Below, in pieces: positions 56,349-64,000 of a DNA stretch of 64,000 nucleotides. The stretch spans positions 68-64,067 of the forward strand of contig JAEDCM010000005.1 of NCBI GenBank assembly GCA_016294165.1. Direction: 5' to 3'. Numbering within the stretch: the stretch's first letter is position 1; every line of letters begins with the position of its first letter. Under the pieces are notes generated by a model. That model made no database searches, had not been told where the DNA came from, and was given only the letters and a program-made list of their open reading frames with translations. This stretch comes from Anaeroplasmataceae bacterium (lineage in GTDB: Bacteria > Bacillota_I > Bacilli_A > Acholeplasmatales > JAEDCM01). Made by a program: the position numbers and the translations under genes.

Positions 56349-57059
56349 TCATACTTTTAATAATTGCGACATATAAATAGTATAATAAATTGTTTGTTCT
56401 AAAAGTTCTCTTTCTTCACTATTAACGATAACTATTTCATCATTAATAATCTCTAATTCATTTGTTTTATAACTTATATCAAAAGAAATATCGCTTAACT
56501 TACTAACTAAGAATTCCTGGTAATCTAAATCAGTATAATAGCTCAAAGGATATATTAAAGAATTATCTAAAAAATAAAAGATAGTACATAAGTTTTCACC
56601 CTTACCACTGTGATAGTTGACCACCAAATCATCAATTATATACTCATCATTAGACGTTTTAATAACTAAACTATCATACCCTAAAAATAGATAACTAAAG
56701 TATAATTGACGATATAATAGATACTTATTTTTACACCTATTAAAATCATCACTTACATTTAGAATTAATCTACCATCATCAATCTGATAGGATTTTAAAA
56801 CAGTTGAATAGATCATATGATTATAATAGCCAACCTCAAGCATTGCATTATTGATGGTTAAGTAACAAAAGACATCTATCACTAAATCTTCTGATAAGGA
56901 AGGTTCTTTAATTCCATATATTTTTTTATCATTTTCTAAAAAGATAAATATTTCATCACAATTATCCAATAAATAATACTTAGGCTTATCCTTATTTTGA
57001 TAATAAAAAACAAAAGATAAAACTAATATAAAATAAATACAATATTTAATAATTATCAC
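56349..57059 (-). CDS. Membrane-anchored protein, possibly GerM-like (GerMN-type repeats)
   Basis: It has an N-terminal TM. Segments such as STVLKSYQIDDGRLILNVSDDF and YKTNELEIINDEIVIVNSEE resemble the GerMN pattern (inference). It sits upstream of rdgB, as gerM does in Bacillus (gerM-rph-rdgB). There is no ATG before residue 73, so the start is GTG 57059 or a nearby non-ATG codon. Confidence 0.5.
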   Translation of the reverse strand: MIIIKYCIYFILVLSFVFYYQNKDKPKYYLLDNCDEIFIFLENDKKIYGIKEPSLSEDLVIDVFCYLTINNAMLEVGYYNHMIYSTVLKSYQIDDGRLILNVSDDFNRCKNKYLLYRQLYFSYLFLGYDSLVIKTSNDEYIIDDLVVNYHSGKGENLCTIFYFLDNSLIYPLSYYTDLDYQEFLVSKLSDISFDISYKTNELEIINDEIVIVNSEERELLEQTIYYTIYMSQLLKV

Positions 57060-57120
57060 CTAAAGAATATTATGCTTAAAATAATTATTTTATGATATAA
57101 TAGGTAATAGGTGATTAGAA

Positions 57121-57825
57121 ATGGATAAAGAGCAGTTTTTAAAAGAAGAAGCTTATAAAAAAGTAATATATATTTACATAATAATTTTTATGGTTATTAG
57201 TGTGTTTTTACAGATGATTATCAGTATTCCCCTTAAAACAACATTACCATTTGCCCCACTTTATCAATATTTAGTTCTTCAATTTTCCACAATACATAAT
57301 CTTATAATTTACTTATGTTTAACAACACTTATTGTATACACGCTATACAGTATTCTAAAAGAAGATTTTAAAAATATTAAAAGCTATAAAAAAACAATTT
57401 TAATCGGATTAGGAACATTTTTCGCAATTCTTATTGGAAATATAATCAGTAGTATCATTAATGCTTTACTAGGAATTGAAGGAGTATCTGTTGGTCAAAA
57501 CTCCATTGAAATAATGGTCGCAAATTATACTATACCAACATTGATCGCTGTAGGAATTTGCGGACCCATTGTAGAGGAATTAGTATTTAGAAAAAGTATT
57601 TTTGGCATTATCAAAAATCAAAATCACGCTTTAATCGTTTCCGCATTCATCTTTGGATTTATGCATGTCTTAGGAGCTGGTGATTTTATAAATGTTATTC
57701 CTTACATTATTTCTGGATTAATTTTGGGTATGGTATATATAGCATCTAACAAAAACATCTATGCATTGATTTTAGGACATATGGCAGTAAACATCATTGC
57801 AGTTCTATCAATTATATCAATATAA
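57121..57825 (+). CDS. CPBP-family intramembrane glutamic endopeptidase (CAAX protease-like)
   Basis: Motifs GPIVEELVFRKSIFG, FGFMHV and GHMAVN. 234 aa, polytopic. Confidence 0.85.
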   Translation: MDKEQFLKEEAYKKVIYIYIIIFMVISVFLQMIISIPLKTTLPFAPLYQYLVLQFSTIHNLIIYLCLTTLIVYTLYSILKEDFKNIKSYKKTILIGLGTFFAILIGNIISSIINALLGIEGVSVGQNSIEIMVANYTIPTLIAVGICGPIVEELVFRKSIFGIIKNQNHALIVSAFIFGFMHVLGAGDFINVIPYIISGLILGMVYIASNKNIYALILGHMAVNIIAVLSIISI

Positions 57826-57850
57826 AAGGGCTTATTTAAGCCCTTTTTAA
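57822..57850. terminator. Bidirectional terminator between the CPBP and ankyrin genes
   Basis: AAAGGGCTTA-TT-TAAGCCCTTT flanked by an A-run and a T-run. It overlaps the last codons of the ankyrin gene. Confidence 0.55.
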
Positions 57851-58798
57851 CATTTTTATAATATTTTCATTTTTACCTTCAATAGCCAAATCCATCGCCG
57901 TTTTTCCAAATAAATCTTTTTTATTTGGCTTGAATCCTGAAGATAGACAACGCATAACCATTTGTTCATTATCCGTTAATATTGCATCATGTAACGGATA
58001 TTTTTTCTTTTTATCCATATACCAATGATTATATAGCAAGCTATCTAAATATTCATAGCTATCCAATCGTTCTTCTTTGGCAATATCTAACAAATTCTCA
58101 TCTAGCATATTCTTTATTTCAAAGGTTGCTCCTGCTTTAATCAAAAGATAAATTACGTTCATGCTAGAATATCTTACTGCATTAAATAATGGTGTTTCTT
58201 TACGATTATTTCTTGTATGAACACTCAATCCCCGATCTAAAAGCATCTTTACAATCTCCGTATTGTTTTGCTTACAAGCATAATGTAATAAACTATTTCC
58301 AGCGCCATCAATTGCTTTAACAGTATTACCAAAACGATCAAGAATATATTTTACAACTTCTGGATTACCACTTCTAATGGCATAATGGTTAACCCCTTGA
58401 AGATTATTATTAGTTTGCTCGACATTTGATTTTTGATCAATCAATAGCTTAATTGCTGAGATATTTCCATTTAAAGCTGCTAAATGTAAGGGGATTTCTC
58501 CAAGATTATTACGAGCATTAACATTTGCTCCATATCTAAATAAAAGTTTTATATAATTTTCCTTTCCCATTTTAGCTGCTAAAAAAAGTGGAGTTTCTCC
58601 ATATTTGTTAGCTTTATTAGCATCAGCTTTATTTTCTAATAAAACACGCATACATTCGAAGGCATCAAACTTTATCGCATAATGAAGTAATGTATCTGAT
58701 TCGCTATCAGTCATATTAACATCAATCATTTTTGCAAGTGTTATTAAACGTTCAACATCATTAATTTTAATTGTTAAAAAATAATCATCACCAAACAT
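57836..58798 (-). CDS. Ankyrin-repeat protein (about 7-8 ANK repeats), no signal peptide
   Basis: Repeated 33-aa units with the ANK signature (G-x-TPLH-x-A, e.g. SDTLLHYAIKFDAFECMRVLLENKADANKANKYGETPLFLAAKMG, LGEIPLHLAALNGNISAIKLLI, GNSLLHYACKQNNTEIVKMLLDRG). Confidence 0.85.
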   Translation of the reverse strand: MFGDDYFLTIKINDVERLITLAKMIDVNMTDSESDTLLHYAIKFDAFECMRVLLENKADANKANKYGETPLFLAAKMGKENYIKLLFRYGANVNARNNLGEIPLHLAALNGNISAIKLLIDQKSNVEQTNNNLQGVNHYAIRSGNPEVVKYILDRFGNTVKAIDGAGNSLLHYACKQNNTEIVKMLLDRGLSVHTRNNRKETPLFNAVRYSSMNVIYLLIKAGATFEIKNMLDENLLDIAKEERLDSYEYLDSLLYNHWYMDKKKKYPLHDAILTDNEQMVMRCLSSGFKPNKKDLFGKTAMDLAIEGKNENIIKMLKRA

Positions 58799-58810
58799 TA
58801 CCTCACCACC

Positions 58811-58844
58811 TTAAAAGAAAATTGCCTACATGCGTAGGCAATTA
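58811..58844 (-). terminator. Rho-independent terminator of hup
   Basis: Minus strand reads AATTGCCTAC-GCAT-GTAGGCAATT followed by TTCTTTTAA. Confidence 0.6.
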
Positions 58845-58854
58845 CTAAAATTAA

Positions 58855-59127
58855 TTATTTTACTGCATCTTTTAATAATTTACCAGATTTAAAAGCTGGA
58901 GATTTTTGAGATGGAATAGTAATTAATTCTCCGTTACGAGGGTTACGTCCAGTTCTTTCAGCACGAACTCTTACTTCAAAAGTACCAAATCCTGATAAAA
59001 CTACCTTTTCATCATTTGCTAAAGTATTAACAATTGCATCCATAAATTCATTAATTACTTCGTCAACAACTTTCTTTGTAGAACCTGTTTTTTCAGCAAC
59101 AATTGAAACCAATTCAACTTTGTTCAT
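58855..59127 (-). CDS. hup: Nucleoid protein HU
   Basis: MNKVELVSIVAEKTG...GFGTFEVRVRAERTGRNPRNGELITIP. ATG 59127 lies 8 nt after AGGAGG. Confidence 0.92.
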   Translation of the reverse strand: MNKVELVSIVAEKTGSTKKVVDEVINEFMDAIVNTLANDEKVVLSGFGTFEVRVRAERTGRNPRNGELITIPSQKSPAFKSGKLLKDAVK

Positions 59128-59158
59128 TTGCATTTCCTCCTATTTTTATTCTAAAAAC

Positions 59159-59187
59159 ATTATAGCATTTATGTTTTTTATATGCAA
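59159..59187 (-). promoter_or_regulatory. Sigma-A-type promoter of hup
   Basis: Minus strand reads TTGCAT-17 nt-TATAAT. Confidence 0.5.
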
Positions 59188-59243
59188 TAATTTATTGTAA
59201 AAAAGTGTGAAAACGCTTATAAAAACTACATTTTAAACAATTA

Positions 59244-60698
59244 TTAAAGAATAATAGCAATCATTCCACCTTGACTATTATTGACAATTTTTCCCAAGGT
59301 TACCCCTAATTTTTCTCTGGCCTTTGCAGGGTATGAATTAATTTTATATTTTATTCCATCATTTAAACAATCGCTTATCTTTCTTCCAAAAATTTCTAAA
59401 TCCCAAATATCCTTCTCATTTTTTAAGGTTTCAATAAAGCTTTGTGTTTGTTCCATGCTTCCAATGATTGGTTCAAAAACACTTGAAACATCAATTTTGA
59501 TCATATGAATGCATGGGGCTGTTGCTTTGATTTTAACTCCATATCTACTTCCCTCTTTAATCATCTCTGGTGCTTCTAAGATTAAGTCTTCTTTAGTAGG
59601 ATATGTAATTCCATATCCACTGCTATTAGCCTCTAAAATCGCTTGTTTATAGGCTTTATAGCCTTCATAAGCCTCTTTATATTTCTCAATCATTGTTATA
59701 AACTCGCCTTTTGTTTTTACATCACCTAATAAATCATTTAGAATGTCATCATAGACGCTATTATCAATTTCAATACACATTGTTGCTAAACCAATTGATG
59801 GATCAATCTCTTCAATTACAACCTTATTTACATGATCATACTCCGATAGTCTATTCTTAATTAAATCAATATCTTTAAATTTTTTATATTGTGTAACTGT
59901 ATCCTTAATCATTTGATTAAAATATATCTTATATTTATTATTATCACTTAAACCTTCAATATATGATGGTATTTTAATATTTAATTCTAAAATGTCAAAC
60001 TCATTTAACGCTAAAAGTAAGATATTATCAATGTCGTTTTCTGTCATATCTAAAGCTGAAATGGCAATTGTTGAAACATTATACTTTTGCATTAAATCAT
60101 CACACATTTTCTTTGCCTCACTACCATTTGGTCTTGTTGAATTAACAACAATTACGAATGGTTTATCTAATTTTTTTAATTCTTCAACCATTTCATCTAA
60201 TACACTTAAATAATCTTCCTTTGTAAAATCGCCAATTGACCCATCTGAAGTCATTAAAATACCTAATGTTGAATGATTTGTGATAACCTTTTTTGTCCCG
60301 ATTAAAGCCGCTTCTTTAAACGGAATTGGTTCACTAAACCATGGTGTTTTAACATATCGTGGTCCTTCATCTGTATAATATCCTAAAGCACTCGGAATAA
60401 CATAACCTACACTATCTACAAGTCTTACATTCAAGTTCATTCCATCAACTGTAATACTAATTTCATTTGATGGTATAAATTTTGGCTCAACTGTCATAAT
60501 CGATTTACCATCAGAGCTTTGTGGAAGCTCATCAATAATCTTATCCTTTAAAATACTATTATTAATATGTGGTAATACCTTAAGTTCCATAAATCTCTTT
60601 ATAAATAGTGACTTACCACATCTAACACTTCCAACTACACCCACATAAAAATTATTATTTATTCGGTTTAAAAGTTTTAATAAGCTTTCATCATTCAT
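59244..60698 (-). CDS. spoIVA: Stage IV sporulation protein A (spore-coat morphogenetic ATPase)
   Basis: N-terminal Walker A in the SpoIVA context (FYVGVVGSVRCGKSLFIKRFMELKVLP) and a length of about 484 aa. The C terminus GGMIAIIL resembles the SpoIVA tail. ATG 60698 lies 6 nt after GAGG. Confidence 0.9.
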   Translation of the reverse strand: MNDESLLKLLNRINNNFYVGVVGSVRCGKSLFIKRFMELKVLPHINNSILKDKIIDELPQSSDGKSIMTVEPKFIPSNEISITVDGMNLNVRLVDSVGYVIPSALGYYTDEGPRYVKTPWFSEPIPFKEAALIGTKKVITNHSTLGILMTSDGSIGDFTKEDYLSVLDEMVEELKKLDKPFVIVVNSTRPNGSEAKKMCDDLMQKYNVSTIAISALDMTENDIDNILLLALNEFDILELNIKIPSYIEGLSDNNKYKIYFNQMIKDTVTQYKKFKDIDLIKNRLSEYDHVNKVVIEEIDPSIGLATMCIEIDNSVYDDILNDLLGDVKTKGEFITMIEKYKEAYEGYKAYKQAILEANSSGYGITYPTKEDLILEAPEMIKEGSRYGVKIKATAPCIHMIKIDVSSVFEPIIGSMEQTQSFIETLKNEKDIWDLEIFGRKISDCLNDGIKYKINSYPAKAREKLGVTLGKIVNNSQGGMIAIIL

Positions 60699-60727
60699 AA
60701 CTATCCTCACTCTTTCTATTTCATTTA

Positions 60728-60756
60728 ATCCTATGCACTGAGTATTCAAAATATAC
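60728..60756 (-). promoter_or_regulatory. Sigma-E-like promoter upstream of spoIVA
   Basis: Minus strand reads GTATATT-14 nt-CATAGGAT. As I recall it, the Bacillus sigma-E consensus is roughly ATATT-N14-CATACA-T. It lies about 30 nt upstream of the start codon. Confidence 0.4.
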
Positions 60757-60763
60757 TTATAAA

Positions 60764-60796
60764 TGATAAAAAAATAGAGTCAAAAATTTGACTCTT
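60764..60796 (-). terminator. Rho-independent terminator of the polY-yolD-HD operon
   Basis: Minus strand reads AGAGTCAAA-TT-TTTGACTCT followed by ATTTTTTTAT. Confidence 0.6.
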
Positions 60797-60797
60797 A

Positions 60798-61277
60798 CTA
60801 TATCTCATTATTTATGCTCTCTGATAATCTTTTTACAAGATCTATAATTTCATCATCTAGATCTGTATAGTAATTCAAAGTTTCAACAATATAGCGCTTC
60901 TTAAACTTTTCATCACAAACGACTGCACATTTTAAATTGTGAATTCTATCCGCGGCCTTAATCACCCTTGCGATAGGATGATTTTTGATCTTTGAAACAT
61001 ATTCATCCATAATATATCCATCATATTTTGTCAAGATTTTTACAGCCTCTAATACCTCTAATCCACCAATGTTTAAAATCTCCTCTTCTTTAGCATCAGT
61101 ATCTTCTAGTAAATCATGAAATAAGCCTGTGATAATATATTCTTCATCATAACCTTTATTCTTTAGCCACTCAGCAACCGCAACAGGATGAGTAATATAA
61201 GGTAGACCACCAGTTCGAAACTGTCCCTCATGTTTTTTGGTCGCAAATTCCAAAGCCTGATTATACTTACTTTCCAT
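60798..61277 (-). CDS. HD-domain protein related to the RelA/SpoT hydrolase domain (small alarmone hydrolase-like)
   Basis: ALEFATKKHEGQFRTGGLPYITHPVAVA and GLFHDLLEDT. 159 aa. Confidence 0.75.
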   Translation of the reverse strand: MESKYNQALEFATKKHEGQFRTGGLPYITHPVAVAEWLKNKGYDEEYIITGLFHDLLEDTDAKEEEILNIGGLEVLEAVKILTKYDGYIMDEYVSKIKNHPIARVIKAADRIHNLKCAVVCDEKFKKRYIVETLNYYTDLDDEIIDLVKRLSESINNEI

Positions 61278-61320
61278 ATCCTACCTCTACTTTCTTTTAA
61301 ATCTTATCCAATAAATGACT

Positions 61321-61710
61321 CTATAGATTAATTTCAATGATATCATCAATTGGTATCCGCTTTTTATTAAACGTTATAATAACCCTCTCAACAATATCAA
61401 TTTTTCTAATCCTATCACTATAACTAATGTATTCTCCGCCTTCTTTTTTCTTATCCTTCACAAAATATGTAAGGGTTACAACATCTTGATTTAAAACAAT
61501 ATTTTGCATTTTAAAATCCAATATTGTCTTTTGATCCTCACTTAGTTCAATTTTTTGACTTGTTAAACGAGCTGATTCAATTATCTCATCCTTATAACCG
61601 GTTAGCGCATCAAATGGTGCAAATTGAGCTGCACGATCATATAAACTCATTCTTTTTCTTGTTTTTGAGCCCTCATATTTTATATATCTAATATCATCAT
61701 ATTTTCCCAT
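61321..61710 (-). CDS. YolD-like protein (accessory to a Y-family polymerase)
   Basis: RAAQFAPFDALTGYKDEI is typical of the YolD family. Its start shares TAATG with the polymerase stop. Confidence 0.8.
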   Translation of the reverse strand: MGKYDDIRYIKYEGSKTRKRMSLYDRAAQFAPFDALTGYKDEIIESARLTSQKIELSEDQKTILDFKMQNIVLNQDVVTLTYFVKDKKKEGGEYISYSDRIRKIDIVERVIITFNKKRIPIDDIIEINL

Positions 61711-63161
61711 TATGCCTTATGCCCTCCAATTTGCTTATTTCTTTCAATGGTTGTGGCTCCTTCCTCAAGATTCATCCCTTTGATGACCGCATTTTTCCCA
61801 TATTTATTTTTAACCTTAATAATTGTTTCTTGAATCTTACGCTCTTTATCCAATTCGATTTTTTCATTCTCTCGTTTTTTTAAATTATCATCATAATCAG
61901 TAAATAAATCTAATTGTTCAATTCTATTTACAACAAAATCCTCAGTTACTACATCACAGGCACTAATACTAACCCTCTTAACTAGTAACCTTTTATTTGT
62001 AATACGATGATAAAGACGAACAATGGCATTTATCAATAATTTAGTTGAAGAGGTATAATCATCAAGTTTGATTGACCCATGAGCATGCTTAGGTATTTTT
62101 CTACCATAATGGTCAATCATAAACTCGCCATCATAATCATCGGGAATTTCCATATCATAACCAATGGTTAAAACTAGTTGATTAGTTTTTAACCCTTTAG
62201 CAACCAAATCTAAAGATAACAGCTCCGTCATTTCCTTTACAACTAATAAAGCTTTATTATAAGTATATCCACAATGAATTACTTGTCCCGTTCCAATTGA
62301 TTTTGCGGATGGCTTATAAGATTTAATATCGCTCATGCGTGTAGGTTCTTTCCCCCAAGCATGATCAATTAATAATTCGGCATTAATTCCAAATAGTTTA
62401 TACAATAAATCCTCATTATTAATTGAGCATCTAGCAATATCTCCCATTGTATGTATTCCATTAGCCTCAAGCTTTTTTTGATATCCACGACCAACCCTCC
62501 AAAAGTCAGTTAAAGGCTGATGATCCCATAATAAATCTTTAAACGTCTCCTCCGTAAGCTCCGCAATACGCACACCATCATTATCAGGAGTAATTTTTTT
62601 CGCAATAATATCCATCGCAACTTTTGCTAGAAAGAGATTATCACCAATTCCTGCTGTAGCCGTTATTCCAGTTTTTGATAAAACATCCCTAATCATTTTT
62701 AAAGCTAACTCATGAGCAGTCATCCCATACGTCTTCAAATAATTCGTTACATCCATAAAAACCTCATCAATTGAGTAGACATGGATATCCTCTGGTGATA
62801 CATATTGTAAATATATTTTATAAATATCCCTACTAATTTCAATGTATTTTGCCATCTGTGGTGGAGCCACAATATAATCAATTCCTAATTTAGGATTTTT
62901 CTTTAAATCATTTAAGTTATAAGACTTATCTTTAAGTCTATTTTTATTAATTTCATTAATCTTGGAAACCACCTCAAATAAACGAGGCCTACCAGGAATT
63001 CCAAAACTCTTCAAAGAGGGAGAAACGGCTAAACATATCGTTTTTTCGGTTCTTGAATTGTCTGCCACAACTAAATTTGTATTTAATGGATCTAATCCAC
63101 GATGCACACACTCAACCGATGCATAAAATGATTTTAAATCAATCGCAATATATACGCTCAT
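61710..63161 (-). CDS. Y-family (UmuC/UvrX/ImpB-type) translesion DNA polymerase
   Basis: IAIDLKSFYASVEC, SIDEVFMDVT and the ATAGIGDNLFLAKVA motifs. 483 aa. Confidence 0.9.
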   Translation of the reverse strand: MSVYIAIDLKSFYASVECVHRGLDPLNTNLVVADNSRTEKTICLAVSPSLKSFGIPGRPRLFEVVSKINEINKNRLKDKSYNLNDLKKNPKLGIDYIVAPPQMAKYIEISRDIYKIYLQYVSPEDIHVYSIDEVFMDVTNYLKTYGMTAHELALKMIRDVLSKTGITATAGIGDNLFLAKVAMDIIAKKITPDNDGVRIAELTEETFKDLLWDHQPLTDFWRVGRGYQKKLEANGIHTMGDIARCSINNEDLLYKLFGINAELLIDHAWGKEPTRMSDIKSYKPSAKSIGTGQVIHCGYTYNKALLVVKEMTELLSLDLVAKGLKTNQLVLTIGYDMEIPDDYDGEFMIDHYGRKIPKHAHGSIKLDDYTSSTKLLINAIVRLYHRITNKRLLVKRVSISACDVVTEDFVVNRIEQLDLFTDYDDNLKKRENEKIELDKERKIQETIIKVKNKYGKNAVIKGMNLEEGATTIERNKQIGGHKA

Positions 63162-63218
63162 AATATCCCTCCTTTCTATTTATTATAACAATTAACATTA
63201 TATTTAAAAGTCTTGACA

Positions 63219-63249
63219 ATAAAAAAACCTACTTATGTAAGTAGGTTTC
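63219..63249 (-). terminator. Rho-independent terminator of purC
   Basis: Minus strand reads AAACCTACTTA-CA-TAAGTAGGTTT followed by TTTTATTG. Confidence 0.65.
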
Positions 63250-63254
63250 ATAAA

Positions 63255-63938
63255 TTAACGATTATTGATTAATTTTGTTAATTCAACAGGATCAACGATT
63301 TTACCATCCTTATAAACACGCATATTTCCTGATGCAATTTCATCAATAAGGATAACTTCATCATTATTGTATCCAAATTCAAACTTGATATCCCATAAAT
63401 CAAGTCCAATTGATTTTAAATCATCCGCAACAATCTTAGTAATTTTTAAAGTTTGTTCCTTCATACTGTCAAACATTTCCTTTGACATAATATTTAAAGC
63501 CGCTAATCCTTCAGATGTTACAAGAGGATCACCTAAAGCATCATTCTTGAATGTACATTCAACATATCCACCCTCTAAAGCTGTTCCATCCTTGATGTAT
63601 TCACCATATCTACGAACAAAACTTCCTGTCGCAACTAAACGGCAAATAACCTCTAATCCATGTCCAAATACTTTAGCTGGTAAAACTTCCATTGTTGCCT
63701 CATCAACATTTGCAGAAACATAGTGAGTTTTGATCCCAGCTTTTTTAAGCAATTCAAAATAATGAATTGAAGTAATTAAATTAGCCTTACCGATACCTTC
63801 AATTGTTAAACCAACAGAATTCTCTCCTGGATCAAATACACCGTCTTTACCAGTGCAATCATCTTTAAATTTTAGTAAAACATTACCATTTTCTAAACTA
63901 AAAACATCTTTTGTCTTTCCTACATAAATCTTTTTCAT
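63255..63938 (-). CDS. purC: Phosphoribosylaminoimidazole-succinocarboxamide (SAICAR) synthase
   Basis: [21 protein letters not shown] and [12 protein letters not shown]. 227 aa. Confidence 0.93.
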   Translation of the reverse strand: MKKIYVGKTKDVFSLENGNVLLKFKDDCTGKDGVFDPGENSVGLTIEGIGKANLITSIHYFELLKKAGIKTHYVSANVDEATMEVLPAKVFGHGLEVICRLVATGSFVRRYGEYIKDGTALEGGYVECTFKNDALGDPLVTSEGLAALNIMSKEMFDSMKEQTLKITKIVADDLKSIGLDLWDIKFEFGYNNDEVILIDEIASGNMRVYKDGKIVDPVELTKLINNR

Positions 63939-64000
63939 ATACTTTTCTCCTTCTAAATGCTCTATTAAATTTTATCACAAGGACTCTAAAATTACAATTC

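Noticed and set aside
63212-63217. Perfect TTGACA on the plus strand upstream of the purC terminator, as a possible antisense promoter.
   Set aside because: No acceptable -10 hexamer lies 16-19 nt downstream, and there is no plus-strand ORF or structure to express.
63162-63254. Searched for a LexA/Cheo box (GAAC-N4-GTTC) upstream of the Y-family polymerase operon. Also looked upstream of addB (28823..28918), and noted that the uvrC start lies within the 3' end of the upstream LD-carboxypeptidase gene, so it has no intergenic region.
   Set aside because: Neither GAAC nor GTTC occurs in these intergenic segments, so no SOS box is annotated.
1-64000. Looked for CRISPR arrays, IS elements, transposases, integrases, prophage genes, tRNA and rRNA genes.
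   Set aside because: No spaced direct repeats exist outside the giant surface-protein gene. No ORF has transposase, recombinase or phage motifs. No intergenic region has tRNA-like cloverleaf arms or rRNA-like sequence.

Overview
This is a visibly AT-rich chromosomal segment that uses the standard genetic code. TGA acts as a stop (for example at the end of the first chrA-like gene) and conserved proteins read through intact. Gene content and order point to a low-GC Gram-positive (Bacillota) endospore former, possibly Erysipelotrichia-like; that placement is inference only. The diagnostic gene groups are rimP-nusA-ylxR-ylxQ-infB-rbfA, ftsY-ylxM-ffh, lepB-rbgA-rnhB and addB-addA, plus the sporulation genes gerE and spoIVA and a gerM-like gene.

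I support 54 protein-coding genes and one small candidate ORF. Only six are on the plus strand: rnj, one XRE regulator, two chrA halves, one HAD phosphatase and a CPBP protease. I saw no rRNA, tRNA, CRISPR array, transposase, integrase or phage genes. The only repeated DNA is inside a giant surface-protein gene.

Most of the window is housekeeping: translation, SRP, DNA repair, topoisomerase and division. The less ordinary parts are:
1. A five-gene operon of about 12 kb joining an ABC transporter to a Big_2/beta-helix protein, a 2073-aa GLUG/MBG-repeat protein and a lipoprotein.
2. A translationally coupled module downstream of rdgB. It encodes a TPR-GAF protein with degenerate GGDEF and EAL domains, a 374-aa orphan protein with a HEPN-type R-N-x4-H motif, a small radical-SAM/SPASM enzyme and a pseudouridine synthase.
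3. A promoter-to-terminator unit between topA and ftsY that looks like a C-rich (CCCC-motif) regulatory sRNA.
4. An internally duplicated DUF1538 membrane protein followed by two P-II-like proteins.
5. A soluble FtsK-type motor translationally coupled to a single-pass membrane protein.
6. A shortened glutamate-racemase-like gene whose 3' end contains the rnj terminator.
7. An ankyrin-repeat protein.

All functional calls come from motifs read by eye. No database search was run.
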